From Dehalococcoidia bacterium (GTDB lineage: Bacteria > Chloroflexota > Dehalococcoidia > Bin125): a DNA stretch of 64,000 bases. The number at the start of each line of letters is the position of its first letter. The stretch's first letter is position 1. Where the stretch lies: assembly GCA_963662615.2 (NCBI GenBank), contig CAXXSR010000001.1:416001-480000 (forward strand), given 5' to 3'. This document shows, piece after piece, positions 42,062-52,320 of this stretch. The notes under the pieces were generated by a model, which made no database searches, was not told where the DNA came from, and was given only the letters and a program-made list of their open reading frames with translations. Made by a program: the position numbers and the translations under genes.

Positions 42062-43088
42062 GGGACAGCCGGTCCTTCCCTGGCTCCGCTCTCTCACGGG
42101 CTACCAACGGTTGGGCCTGGCCACCATGCTGGGCGTGCTGGCGTTGGTGGCGCTGGGGGGGACGGTGCGGGTGACGGACTCCGGGCTGGCCTGCCCGGAC
42201 TGGCCGCTCTGCAACGGCAAGCTCATCCCCGAGGGCGATTACCACGTCTGGATCGAATGGGGACACCGCCTGCTCGCCAGCGTGATGGGGATCGTGATCA
42301 TCGCCTTCGTGGTGGGCGCGGTGCGCAAGCACCGTGACCGCCGCTGGGTGGTGGGGCCGGCGCTGGCGGCGATCGTCGTGCTGGGCGTGCAGGTCACGCT
42401 GGGTGGACTGACCGTGACGGAAGATCTGTCGGCGGGGTTTGTCAGCGCCCATCTGGCCGTGGCGATGGTCCTGGTGCTGCTGCTGCTCACGGCCTGGCTG
42501 GTGACGTTCGTCCCGGCGCGGGGGCGGCCCCAGCCGCCCGAGGGACGGACGCAGTCCGCGCCGGCGCGACGGTTGGCCACGCTGAGCGTCGCCACGGCCT
42601 TGACGCTGCTATCGCTTGTCATCGTGGGCGCGTATGTGAGCGCCACGGAAGCCGGATTCTTCTGTGGCGAGGACTGGCCGCTGTGCAACGGTTCGCTCCT
42701 GCCCGAGGGCGGGCCCGCGGGCGCGCAGGTGGCCCATCGCTATCTCGCCGTTTTCACGGGGCTTCTGATCGTCGCGACCTGGCTGGTCGCGTTCCGCGCG
42801 CGGCGCAGCGCCCCGGGCGTGTTCCGGCTGACGACGATCGTGGCGGGGCTGTTCGCGCTCCAGGTCCTGCTGGGGGCTGCGTTAATGTGGAGCGGACTGG
42901 CGGAGGGGGTGCGCGTGGCGCACCTGGTCGTCGCGACGGCGACGTGGGCGGGCGCCGTGACCGCCGCCGCGTTCGCCGTGTACCACAGCGGCGCGCTGCC
43001 CTCGCTCGTCGCTCCGCCCAGGAGCCAGGCGGCGACGTCGCGCGCTCATCCCCAACCGCTTCGATCGGAAGGAGAGGCGCTGCGGTGA
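42054..43088 (+). CDS. ctaA: Heme A synthase (COX15/CtaA)
   Basis: GGTVRVTDSGLACPDWPLCNG, EWGHRL; TTG start after GGAGG. Confidence 0.93.
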   Translation: MLEGQPVLPWLRSLTGYQRLGLATMLGVLALVALGGTVRVTDSGLACPDWPLCNGKLIPEGDYHVWIEWGHRLLASVMGIVIIAFVVGAVRKHRDRRWVVGPALAAIVVLGVQVTLGGLTVTEDLSAGFVSAHLAVAMVLVLLLLTAWLVTFVPARGRPQPPEGRTQSAPARRLATLSVATALTLLSLVIVGAYVSATEAGFFCGEDWPLCNGSLLPEGGPAGAQVAHRYLAVFTGLLIVATWLVAFRARRSAPGVFRLTTIVAGLFALQVLLGAALMWSGLAEGVRVAHLVVATATWAGAVTAAAFAVYHSGALPSLVAPPRSQAATSRAHPQPLRSEGEALR

Positions 43089-44071
43089 CGAGCCAACCCG
43101 TCAAGCTGCCGCCGCCCGCGGCGCGGATCTCCCGCGCCGGGCCGTCGCTGCCGGCGGCGGCGTTGCCCCGCGGGACGGCGTTGCCCCGCGGGGCGGGCCG
43201 GATTTGGGCGCAGGCGTCGGAGACGGCGCGGGCCTACGTGGAGCTGACCAAGCCAGGCATCGTCTGGCTGCTGCTGGTGACCACCGTGCCCGCCATGATC
43301 ATGGCGTCCGAAGGCTGGCCGCCGCTGGGGCTGATCGCCCTGACCATGCTGGGCGGGGTGCTGACGGCGGGGGGCGCGAACACCCTCAACCACTGGTTCG
43401 ACCGCGACCTGGACGCACTCATGGCGCGCACGGCCAAGCGGCCTCTTCCTCAGGGCCGGGTCGCGCCCGCGCAGGCGTTGGCGTGGGGCCTGGCGCTGGC
43501 CGCGTTGGGCGGAGTGCAACTGGCCTTCACCGTGAACTGGCTGGCCGCAGTCTGGGCGTTGGTCGCAGTGGGCTTCTACGTGCTGGTCTACACCATGTGG
43601 CTGAAGCGCTGGACGGCGCAGAACATCGTGATTGGGGGGGCGGCGGGCGCCGTGCCGCCGCTGGTGGGCTGGGCGGCCGTGCGCGGGAGCGTGGACGTGG
43701 CGCCGCTGCTCCTCTTCCTCATCGTTTTCCTCTGGACGCCCCCGCACTTCTGGGCCCTGGCGCTGCGCTACAAAGACGACTATGCCCGCGCCAACATACC
43801 GATGCTGCCCGTATCGCGCGGCGAGCGGGAGACGAAGAAGCAGATCCTCGTCTACTCGGTGCTGCTGCTCGCGGGCAGCTTGCTGCTCCCGATCCTGGGG
43901 GAGGCGGGAATGCTCTACCTGGCGGCGGCGGCGGTGCTGGGGACGGCGTTCGTGGTGCAGGCGCTACGGTTGTGGCTGGGCCGCATCCAGCCCATGGCCC
44001 TCTTCTTCGCCTCCATCATCTACTTGCCGCTTCTTTTCTTGGCCGCAGCGGCGGACGAACTCCTTCTCTAA
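43085..44071 (+). CDS. ctaB: Heme O synthase (protoheme IX farnesyltransferase)
   Basis: ELTKP, DRDLDALMARTAKRPLP, QNIVIGGAAGA, LWTPPHFWALA. Confidence 0.96.
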   Translation: MTSQPVKLPPPAARISRAGPSLPAAALPRGTALPRGAGRIWAQASETARAYVELTKPGIVWLLLVTTVPAMIMASEGWPPLGLIALTMLGGVLTAGGANTLNHWFDRDLDALMARTAKRPLPQGRVAPAQALAWGLALAALGGVQLAFTVNWLAAVWALVAVGFYVLVYTMWLKRWTAQNIVIGGAAGAVPPLVGWAAVRGSVDVAPLLLFLIVFLWTPPHFWALALRYKDDYARANIPMLPVSRGERETKKQILVYSVLLLAGSLLLPILGEAGMLYLAAAAVLGTAFVVQALRLWLGRIQPMALFFASIIYLPLLFLAAAADELLL

Positions 44072-44113
44072 CACGTGGTCAACTCAGCGTGCTCTTAGTA
44101 GGGCGCTCATCGC

Positions 44114-44368
44114 ATGGACCCTGAAGACAAGGCCATGGACGAGCGCGCTTGCCAGTTTTTCGGCGATTGGGATGCGCCGCGTGATAAGCAAGGCCAGCTA
44201 CTCGACACCTGGTTCCCAACGCACGACTTAGATTTGGCGAATCGCCTCCGTGAATACGTTGAGGGTCTTACGGGGAGGCCGCTCAATGCCCCTACGGACG
44301 ATCCGCGGGCAATGGTGCGGGTGGGACTTAACGAGATCGGCAAGCTGATGGGGCACTCGCGGACCTAG
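44114..44368 (+). CDS. Small hypothetical protein
   Basis: 84-aa ORF in a lower-GC patch; no motif recognised. Confidence 0.4.
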   Translation: MDPEDKAMDERACQFFGDWDAPRDKQGQLLDTWFPTHDLDLANRLREYVEGLTGRPLNAPTDDPRAMVRVGLNEIGKLMGHSRT

Positions 44369-44453
44369 CTGCGCCATCAAGGCGCTCTAAGGCCGACGCC
44401 GGACGAGGTTATTCCCGGCGGCGGCCGACGCCCTCCTGCTGCATCACATTGCG

Positions 44454-46115
44454 CTAGGGCGGGGCGTCCGGATCCACGACGACTCGCTCTCCATCGATCC
44501 AGACCACGACGAACACTTCCGGGGCGGCCAGGCGATACGGCCCCGGGATAAAGTCGCCCCAATGCCAGCCCAAAGGTCCGAACGTGCGAGCGATCTCGTC
44601 CTGCGATCGTGCGAAGCCCTGGAACAGCGCCACATGTGGCTGGCCATCGAGGACGAGCCCCTGCGCCCGCACGAAGGCGACGAAAACGGGATTCTCGAAG
44701 GCCAGTCCAGGCTCCTGCATGGTGACGTCCGGAAACCGCTCCAGGACCTCGTCGATGGTGACGATCCGCGCGCCCTCATACGGGATCAGAAAGAGCACGC
44801 GGGCGTCGTCCACCCAGCCGGGGATGGCGTACTCGACCCGCGCGAAGAGGAACTGCCCGTCGGAGAGATCGCCCTCCGGCACTTGGTGCTCGATGATGCG
44901 AGAGGAGACTCCTTCCAGACGGACGGGCGGCGGCTCATCCTCTCGTTTGAAGAGCCCAATGCCGCCCTTCGGTTCCTCCACTTCCTCCTCGGGCGATGTG
45001 GCATCGACCGTGGGGGCGCTCTCCGGGGCGCGTCCTTCGACAGGCTCAGGACGAGCGGATCCCGGCGCCGGGGCCTCCTCGGGCGGCGGCGTCTCCTCGG
45101 CGCTCTCAACGACCGCCTCATTCTTCGCGCTCTCGTCGGCGCGTCCTTCGGCAGGCTCAGGACGAGCGGCCTCAGGACGAGCGATGGCCGGCGCCGGCGC
45201 GGTCGCGGCAGCGGCGTCGAGGGCGACGGCGAGATCGGCATCTCTGACGACCGTCTCAAATCTGGCCAGGATCGTTCCGTCCGCTGCCACCACGAAGAGC
45301 CAGGGGTCGTTGCGGAGATGCCAGTCCCCCAGCGCGCCCGCGGCGGCGCTCGCTCCTTGGCCGTCGGCGTCGCGGAACGGTTCGACGTGGATCGCCGGGA
45401 CCGCGGCAGCGGACGCCAGCCGCTTGATCTGGTCCAGCGCCCGCTCGCAGAGCTGCCGCACGATGCACGTCTCCAAGGAGCTGAACAGCACCACGAAGGG
45501 GCGGCCCCGCCGCAGCGCGCCGGCAACGGAGATCTCGTAGAGGAGGGGATCGGGCGCGCGATCGCCGCTGAGCTGGGCCAGGGGAAGGTCGGCGGTCGTG
45601 AGGGTGGGAGTGGCGGGGGCCGCTGCGCCGACGGCCGGGGTGAGCGGGGTCGCCGCGACGAGGAAGGGCAAGCGCGCGCTCAGTTGCGATTCGCCATTGG
45701 GGAGCGCGGCGATGACCTGCAGCTCCCACTGCCCCGGGCGATCCAGCGGCGCCGCCGCCACGTAGAACGTCTTCGAACCGACAGGGATGACCTCCAGCTC
45801 GTGGTCGGCGCGAAAGCGCACGCCGCCCGTCACCGGATCGAAGTAGCGCAGCGTGAAGGTGGCGCCGGGGGGAAATCGCGGCGGCGCCGCGCGGTCGAGC
45901 AGGGAGAGGACGAGGCGCATCTCCCCCACCGCCAGGTCGCTCGATTCCAGGACCGGCACGAAGGGGGCCGTGGAGGGCAGGACGACGGTGGCGGCGTCGG
46001 CAGGGCCGTCGGAGCCGTCGGTGAGGAGGACGACCAGCAGCGCCACCAGCGCCGCGACGCCGACGAGGGAGAGCGGGATCAGCCAGCGAACCCGGGGGAG
46101 CGCGCGCGGGAGCAT
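44454..46115 (-). CDS. Membrane-anchored thioredoxin-like protein (paralogue of 22300..23409) with an extra C-terminal domain
   Basis: SDLAVG, VVLFSSLETCIVRQLC, IHVEPF, PWLFVVAADG; linker ARPEPAEGR / ARPEPVEGR. Confidence 0.8.
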   Translation of the reverse strand: MLPRALPRVRWLIPLSLVGVAALVALLVVLLTDGSDGPADAATVVLPSTAPFVPVLESSDLAVGEMRLVLSLLDRAAPPRFPPGATFTLRYFDPVTGGVRFRADHELEVIPVGSKTFYVAAAPLDRPGQWELQVIAALPNGESQLSARLPFLVAATPLTPAVGAAAPATPTLTTADLPLAQLSGDRAPDPLLYEISVAGALRRGRPFVVLFSSLETCIVRQLCERALDQIKRLASAAAVPAIHVEPFRDADGQGASAAAGALGDWHLRNDPWLFVVAADGTILARFETVVRDADLAVALDAAAATAPAPAIARPEAARPEPAEGRADESAKNEAVVESAEETPPPEEAPAPGSARPEPVEGRAPESAPTVDATSPEEEVEEPKGGIGLFKREDEPPPVRLEGVSSRIIEHQVPEGDLSDGQFLFARVEYAIPGWVDDARVLFLIPYEGARIVTIDEVLERFPDVTMQEPGLAFENPVFVAFVRAQGLVLDGQPHVALFQGFARSQDEIARTFGPLGWHWGDFIPGPYRLAAPEVFVVVWIDGERVVVDPDAPP

Positions 46116-46930
46116 CAGGCGGCGCGGGCGGAGCGACGGAGCCCCACGGTAAAGAGCGCAAGCGCCAGGCCACCCAGGACCGCGAAATCGATGGCGGGAC
46201 CCAGGAAGCCGTCGGTGTTGGCCGCGTAGGCGGCGGTCTGCAAGAGGTCAACCGGATAGGTGAGCGGGTTGATCAGGCCGAGAATGCGGAGCCACTCCGG
46301 CAACTCGTCGAGGGGGAAGAAGGCGCCGGAGAGGAAAAAGAGAGGGAACAGCACCAGGTTCATGACGAGGTGGAAGCCTTGCATGGTGCGGATGCGCGTG
46401 GCGATGAGGAGGGCGAATCCGGAGAGCATGACGTTCAGCGCCAGGATGCCGGCCACCACCATCGCCAAGCCGCCCAGCCAGCCGTACTGCCAGGCCAGGT
46501 CGATGCCGGGGATGAGCACCGCCACCGCCAGGATGATCAGCGCCTGCGCCGTGCCGATGACGACCGCGGCCAGCGCCTTGCCCAACAAGATCGTGTGGGC
46601 GCTGTGCGGCGACGCCAGGAGCGTGCGCAGCATCCCGTTTTCGCGGTCGCGGTAGAAGGAGGCGCTGGAGAAGGTGGAGGAGAAGAGCGCCGTCAGCGCG
46701 ATCATGCCGGGGGCGAGGTAGCTGACGTAGTCGCCGTCGCGGATGATCGCGGAGGCGGGGTTGAGCCCGTCGGAGACGCCCGTGCCGAGGATGGCGAGCA
46801 GCATCAGCGGCAGCAGCACGGACGAGTAGAGCTGCGAGCGCGAGCGCAGGAAGGCGCGCAGGTCGCGTTGCAGCAAGGCCCCGCAGGCGATGGCGGCTGC
46901 AGTGATGGGGGCCGCGGCGAAGGCGGTCAC
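46115..46930 (-). CDS. ABC-2 type exporter permease (DrrB-like)
   Basis: YLAPGMIA, DRENGML, PLFFLSGAFFP, NPLTYPVD. Confidence 0.93.
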   Translation of the reverse strand: MTAFAAAPITAAAIACGALLQRDLRAFLRSRSQLYSSVLLPLMLLAILGTGVSDGLNPASAIIRDGDYVSYLAPGMIALTALFSSTFSSASFYRDRENGMLRTLLASPHSAHTILLGKALAAVVIGTAQALIILAVAVLIPGIDLAWQYGWLGGLAMVVAGILALNVMLSGFALLIATRIRTMQGFHLVMNLVLFPLFFLSGAFFPLDELPEWLRILGLINPLTYPVDLLQTAAYAANTDGFLGPAIDFAVLGGLALALFTVGLRRSARAA

Positions 46931-47907
46931 GGGGAGCCCAGCTCTTCCCCAACGGGGGCAGGGGCGTCGCTGTCCAGGGGCGTGCCCACAAGCTGGAAGT
47001 AGGCATCCTCCAGGGTGGATTCGCGGATGCGAATCCCCTGCACGGCGCCGTTGGCGATGCGGAACAGCTGGGGGACGAAGGTGGAGGCGCTATCCACCGT
47101 CGCGTGCAGGAGCGGAGGGGCGCAGGTGACGCGACCGACGCCCTCCCAGCCGGCCAGGGTGGCAGCGATGTGGGACGGCGCCGACGGCCACTCCACGCGG
47201 ACCGAGTCGCGTCGCAGGTTGCGCTTGAGGTCGGCGGGCGCGCCCGCGGCGATGACGCGGCCGTCGCGCAGGAAGGCGACCGTGTCGCAATAGCGCTCCG
47301 CCTCGGCGACGTCGTTGGTGGCGACGAGGAGCGCAGCGCCCTGGGCCCGGACCTGCAGCAGCATCTCCCACAGCGTCGCTTTGGAGTTGGGGTCCAGCCC
47401 CAGCGAGGGCTCATCCAGCAGAAGCAGGCGCGGCCCGTGCAGGACCGCCCGCAGCAGCTCCAGGCGGCGCTTCATGCCGCCGGACAGCGTTTCCACGGGA
47501 TCGTCGGCGCGCTCCGCGAGCCCCGCGAGCGCCAGCAGCTCGTCGCTGCGGCGCCGCAGCGCGCCACGCCCGGTCCCGAAGAGGCGTCCATGCAGCCACA
47601 AGGTCTCGCGGACCGTCATCAGGGGGTCCAGGCAGCTCTCCTGGAAGAGGACGCCGAGGTGGCGTCGGAGGTGCCGGCCGACGGGCTCGCCCAACACTCG
47701 CACCTGGCCCTGCTGGGGCGCGCGAAAGCCCGCAACCAGGCTCAAGATGGTGCTCTTGCCCGAACCGTTGGGGCCCAGCAGTCCCAGGACGGCGCCCGCC
47801 GGCAGCATCAGGGTCACGTCCTCGACGCCTCGGCCCCCTGGGTGGAGATAGGTGAGGTCGCTGAGGGCGACCGCCGCGGCGTTGGAAGAGGGCGGGATCT
47901 GTGTCAT
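46927..47907 (-). CDS. ABC exporter ATP-binding protein (DrrA-like)
   Basis: GPNGSGKST, LSGGMKRR, LLLLDEP, TLEDAYF. Confidence 0.95.
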   Translation of the reverse strand: MTQIPPSSNAAAVALSDLTYLHPGGRGVEDVTLMLPAGAVLGLLGPNGSGKSTILSLVAGFRAPQQGQVRVLGEPVGRHLRRHLGVLFQESCLDPLMTVRETLWLHGRLFGTGRGALRRRSDELLALAGLAERADDPVETLSGGMKRRLELLRAVLHGPRLLLLDEPSLGLDPNSKATLWEMLLQVRAQGAALLVATNDVAEAERYCDTVAFLRDGRVIAAGAPADLKRNLRRDSVRVEWPSAPSHIAATLAGWEGVGRVTCAPPLLHATVDSASTFVPQLFRIANGAVQGIRIRESTLEDAYFQLVGTPLDSDAPAPVGEELGSP

Positions 47908-48074
47908 GCGGACCTGAACGAGAACGGTTCGAGTGTATGCCGTTGGCGCTCCGGCGGCGAGGGCTGCGGCGGCGAGCGCGTAGCGCGGAGGCGATTGACC
48001 CGCTTTCCTTGCCGCCCATACAGTTCGTGTAGAACCTACACTAAGTCAACGGACGACCGTCGAACGGCAGTCGC

Positions 48075-49799
48075 ATGCGTCGGTTCCGCCTCGCGCTGGC
48101 CCAACTGAACCCCACAGTGGGGGACTTGGACGGCAATGTGGCCGCCATGCAGGCGCGCCTGAGCGAAGCCGAGGAGTTGGGCGCGGACCTGGTGGCCTTT
48201 CCGGAGCTGGCCATCACCGGCTACCCACCGGAAGATCTGGTCCTGCGACGGCGCTTTGTGCACGACAACCTCAAGGCGCTGGAACGGCTGCAGACGGCCA
48301 CGGCGGGCAAGCACGTGACCGTCGTGGTGGGCTTTGTGGACCTGCAGGACGACGCCTACAACGCCGCCGCCGTCCTCCACGACGGCGCCGTGGCGGGCGT
48401 GTATCACAAGCGCTACCTGCCCAACTACGGCGTCTTCGACGAGGCCCGCTACTTCCGACCCGGCAGGGAGGCGCCGGTGTTCGAGGTGGCGGGCGTGAAG
48501 GTGGGCGTGAGCATCTGCGAGGACATCTGGTATCCGCTCGGCCCCGTGCGGGAGCAGGCGCTGGCCGGAGCGGAGGTGATGGTCAACATCAACGGCTCGC
48601 CGTTCCACGCCGGCAAGATCGGCGAGCGCGAGCGCATGCTGGCGACCCGCGCTTGGGACAACGGCGTGATCGTGGCCTACTGCAACATGGTGGGCGGCCA
48701 GGATTCGCTCATCTTCGACGGCGGCAGCATGGTCCACGACCCGCGCGGCCGGCGCATTGCGGCGGCGCCCATGTTCGAAGAGACGCTGTTGACCGTCGAT
48801 CTGGATGTGGACTTCGTGGGGCAGGTGCGCCTGCACGACCCGCGCATCCGCAGCCTGGAGGCGGAGCCGGCCCCGGCGCTGCCGGTGTCGTCGCCGCAGC
48901 GGGAGCCGCCGCCGCCACTGCCGCCACAGTCGCTGCCCGAGCCGCTGCGCGAGGTCGAGGCCGTCTACGCGGCCTTGGTGCTGGGCACGCGCGACTACGT
49001 CCGCAAGACGGGCTTCGAGGACGCCGTCATTGCCCTCTCCGGCGGGATTGATTCCAGCCTCACCGCGGCGATCGCCGTGGCTGCACTGGGCGGCGCGCAC
49101 GTCCGCGGCGTCTCCATGCCTTCGCGTTATTCGTCGGAGGGCAGCATGGGCGACGCGCGGGCCCTGGCGGACAGTTTGGGCATGGAGCTGCTGACGATCC
49201 CCATTGAAGGGCCGTTCGCGGCGTTTCTGGACGCGCTCCAGGACGCCTTCGCCGGGGTGGAGGCGGACGTCACGGAAGAGAACCTGCAGGCGCGCATCCG
49301 CGGCACCCTGATCATGGCGCTGAGCAACAAGTTCGGGTCGCTGGTTCTCTCCACGTCCAACAAGAGCGAAGCCGCTACCGGCTACACGACGCTCTACGGC
49401 GACATGAGCGGTGGCCTGGCCGTGCTCCAGGATGTGCCCAAGACGCTGGTGTACGGCCTGGCCCGTCACGTCAATGAGCGGGCCGGTCGCGAGATCATCC
49501 CTGAGCGCGTGATCGAGAAGCCGCCCAGCGCGGAGCTGCGCCCCGACCAGCGGGACGAGGATTCCCTGATGCCCTACGCGCGCCTGGATCCCATTCTGCA
49601 GGCGTTCGTGGAGGAGGACCGCACGCTGGGGGAGATCGTGGCGGCGGGCTCCGCGGAGGCCGAGGTGCGGCGCGTGATGTCGCTGGTGAGGGCCGCCGAA
49701 TACAAGCGCCGCCAGGCCCCGCCGGGGCTGAAGATCACCCCCCGCGCCTTTGGCAAGGACCGCCGCTTTCCCATCGCCAATCGCTACCTGGGATCGTAG
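48075..49799 (+). CDS. nadE: Glutamine-dependent NAD+ synthetase
   Basis: Nitrilase domain FPEL/LPNYGVFDE/ICEDIW; SGGIDS, ENLQARIRG, NKSE, TLYGDM. Confidence 0.97.
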   Translation: MRRFRLALAQLNPTVGDLDGNVAAMQARLSEAEELGADLVAFPELAITGYPPEDLVLRRRFVHDNLKALERLQTATAGKHVTVVVGFVDLQDDAYNAAAVLHDGAVAGVYHKRYLPNYGVFDEARYFRPGREAPVFEVAGVKVGVSICEDIWYPLGPVREQALAGAEVMVNINGSPFHAGKIGERERMLATRAWDNGVIVAYCNMVGGQDSLIFDGGSMVHDPRGRRIAAAPMFEETLLTVDLDVDFVGQVRLHDPRIRSLEAEPAPALPVSSPQREPPPPLPPQSLPEPLREVEAVYAALVLGTRDYVRKTGFEDAVIALSGGIDSSLTAAIAVAALGGAHVRGVSMPSRYSSEGSMGDARALADSLGMELLTIPIEGPFAAFLDALQDAFAGVEADVTEENLQARIRGTLIMALSNKFGSLVLSTSNKSEAATGYTTLYGDMSGGLAVLQDVPKTLVYGLARHVNERAGREIIPERVIEKPPSAELRPDQRDEDSLMPYARLDPILQAFVEEDRTLGEIVAAGSAEAEVRRVMSLVRAAEYKRRQAPPGLKITPRAFGKDRRFPIANRYLGS

Positions 49800-49879
49800 C
49801 CATCGCGCAGCGCCGGGGACGGCGGCGCCGTTCTTGCTCCGGCGGGGCTCTTGCTCCGACTGGGAAGGGCGTAAGGCCG

Positions 49880-52096
49880 TCAGGGCAGGTAGTTGGTCGC
49901 GTCCAGGAGCCAGCCGTTGTGCTCCATCTCCAGGTGGAGGTGGATGCCGGTGCTGAAGCCGGTGGTCCCGGCGAAGCCGATCGTCTCGCCCCGGCCGACG
50001 CGTTGCCCAACGGCGACGGGCGGCTGATTGGCCAAGTGGCCGTAGCGGCTCAGCCAGCCGTTGCCGTGGTCGATCTCCACGTAAAAGCCCAGGCCGCAGC
50101 AGAAGGTGCCGCCGGCGAAGGTCACCTCGCCGCCGGCAATGGCGACGACGGCCCCCCCGGGATTGAAGTGCAGGGCGATGTCTAGGCCGTGGTGGCGCAC
50201 GCCGCAGTCGCTGGTGCGACAGAGGCCGAAGCCGTCGCTGATGTCGCCGCTGGCCGGCCAGATGAAGGGGGGCACGGACACGGGCACGATCAGCTCCTGC
50301 CCGATGATCAGCGCGTTGGCATCCGTCACGCCGCTGCGGGGATCGCGCAGGATCGCCTCCACCGTGGTTCCGTACTGCGCCGCGATCACCGCGAGAGTGT
50401 CGCCCGCGGTCACCTGCACCACCACGCCCTCGCGGTCCGGCACCCGTAGGGGCGTTCCCGCCGAGATCCAGTCGCTGTCGGCGAGGCTGGGGTTATTGGC
50501 GATCAGCGTGTGGGGCAGGACGCCCAGTCGCGCCGCCACGTACGTCAGCCCATCGGTCTGCTCGGTGACCACGGTGCGGGAGGCCACCGGGATGGGGACC
50601 GTGCCGGGGAGGCGCAACTCGTCGCCCAGGGCGATGAGGTTGGGATCAATGTCGGGGTTGAGTTGCTCCAGGGCGGCCACTTGTGTGCCGAATTTCTCGG
50701 CGATGGCGCTGAGCGTATCGCCGGTCTGGACGGTGTAGCGCGGGAAGGGCGGCGGGCCGGCGGGGACGGTGCCGGGCGGCGGCGGGGGGAGATCGATGTC
50801 GGGGACGGTCAGGATGGCGCCGATCTGCAGGAGGTCCAGGTTCGCCTGCGGGTTCAGCTTCGCCAGCGCGTCCAGCGTGATTTGGTGGATGGCGGCGATG
50901 GTGGTGGCGTTGTCGCCGGGGAGCACCGTGTAGCTGGTGAGTTCGACGGCGAGGTCGGGCAGGGCGGGCGTGCCGTCCTGCCGGGGGCCCGGCAGTTGCA
51001 GCGTATGGCCCACGTAGACCGTGTTGAGGTCGCGTTCCGGATTCAACGCCTGCAACTGCGCCAGGGTGAGCCTGTGGGCGAGAGCGATGCCGATGGCGCT
51101 GTCGCCCGCCACAACGGTGTAGGGGTGCGTGGCTGAGCCGCCCGGCGACGCCGGGGTGACGGCCGGATCAGCGGCCGAGGGCAGCAGCAGCGTCTGTCCC
51201 ACGTAGATCAGGTTCAAGTTCAGATCCGGATTGGCCGCCCGCAGCTGCGCCAGCGTGATGCCGACTTCCAGCGCGATGCCGCTCGCGGTGTCACCGGGGA
51301 GGACAGTGTACGGTCGCGTGGCGGCACCCGAGGGCGGCGGCGTCACCGTCACATCGTCGCCGGAGGAGATGGGCGGCGCGCCTCCGGATCGGGGCGCAAA
51401 GATGACCGCGCCCGCCCGCAGTCCGTCATCGGCAGCGCGCGGGTTTAGTGTCAGCAGCGTCGCCACCGTCGTGCCGAAGCGGTCGGCGAGGGTGCTGAAC
51501 GTGTCGCCGGGTTGGACGAGATAGGGGATCACGTTGCGGCCGTCCAGCCGCGGCGTGGAGCCGGGCGCCAGCGCGCGGTCTGCGTCCGCGCTGGAGGTGG
51601 GGTCGGGCGGCGCGCTGAGGTCGTCGCGGATGACCAGTTCCACGCCTACCGGCAGCGCGTTGGGAATCAGGCTGGGATTGAGGTTGACCAGGTCCGCCAC
51701 CGAGACGCCGTAGAGGCCGGCGATCTCGCTGAGCGACTGTCCCGATTGCACCGTGTGTGTGAGGCGGATCGCTTCGGTGGTGGGGACGGTGGTTTCGGGG
51801 ACGGTGGTTATGGGGACGGCTGTGTCAGGGACGCCGGCGTCGGGCACGGTGAGGCGCTGTCCCACGTAGATGAGGTCGGGCGAGGTAACGCTGGGATTGA
51901 GGGCGTGCAGCAGGTCGGGCGTGAGGCCCAACGTCGCGGCGATGGCCGAGAGGCTGTCGCCGGGCTGCACCTCATAGGTATCGGCGACGGCCGAGCCCGG
52001 CGCCAAGGCGGCGACAATCAGCCCGCCCAGAATGAACGACCGGCGCAGGCGCAGGCGTAGGCGTAGGCGTAGGCGTAGGCGAGGGATGCGTCGCAG
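49880..52096 (-). CDS. Secreted M23 peptidase with nine LysM domains; probable CTG start
   Basis: Nine (Y/H)xVxxGDT-like repeats; HHGLD, YGHL, GFSTGIHLH; signal peptide with an (RL)n n-region. Confidence 0.9.
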   Translation of the reverse strand: MRRIPRLRLRLRLRLRLRRSFILGGLIVAALAPGSAVADTYEVQPGDSLSAIAATLGLTPDLLHALNPSVTSPDLIYVGQRLTVPDAGVPDTAVPITTVPETTVPTTEAIRLTHTVQSGQSLSEIAGLYGVSVADLVNLNPSLIPNALPVGVELVIRDDLSAPPDPTSSADADRALAPGSTPRLDGRNVIPYLVQPGDTFSTLADRFGTTVATLLTLNPRAADDGLRAGAVIFAPRSGGAPPISSGDDVTVTPPPSGAATRPYTVLPGDTASGIALEVGITLAQLRAANPDLNLNLIYVGQTLLLPSAADPAVTPASPGGSATHPYTVVAGDSAIGIALAHRLTLAQLQALNPERDLNTVYVGHTLQLPGPRQDGTPALPDLAVELTSYTVLPGDNATTIAAIHQITLDALAKLNPQANLDLLQIGAILTVPDIDLPPPPPGTVPAGPPPFPRYTVQTGDTLSAIAEKFGTQVAALEQLNPDIDPNLIALGDELRLPGTVPIPVASRTVVTEQTDGLTYVAARLGVLPHTLIANNPSLADSDWISAGTPLRVPDREGVVVQVTAGDTLAVIAAQYGTTVEAILRDPRSGVTDANALIIGQELIVPVSVPPFIWPASGDISDGFGLCRTSDCGVRHHGLDIALHFNPGGAVVAIAGGEVTFAGGTFCCGLGFYVEIDHGNGWLSRYGHLANQPPVAVGQRVGRGETIGFAGTTGFSTGIHLHLEMEHNGWLLDATNYLP

Positions 52097-52320
52097 GGTG
52101 CTTCCCCTAGCTGGCCGCCACCGCCACCTTCCTGGCCCGTCGCCGGGCCAGGGCCGCGCCACTGTACGCGAGTTCAGCGGATACGGGCAATGCGGGAGGA
52201 GCCGCACTCTTGTGGGACCGTTGGGCTCGCAGCGATGGGAGCGCGAACCGATCGGAGGACGCCGGTCATCATGGCGGCTATAGTGCCGGAGGGCGCGGGT
52301 GCCCGAGGTACGCCGGATCC

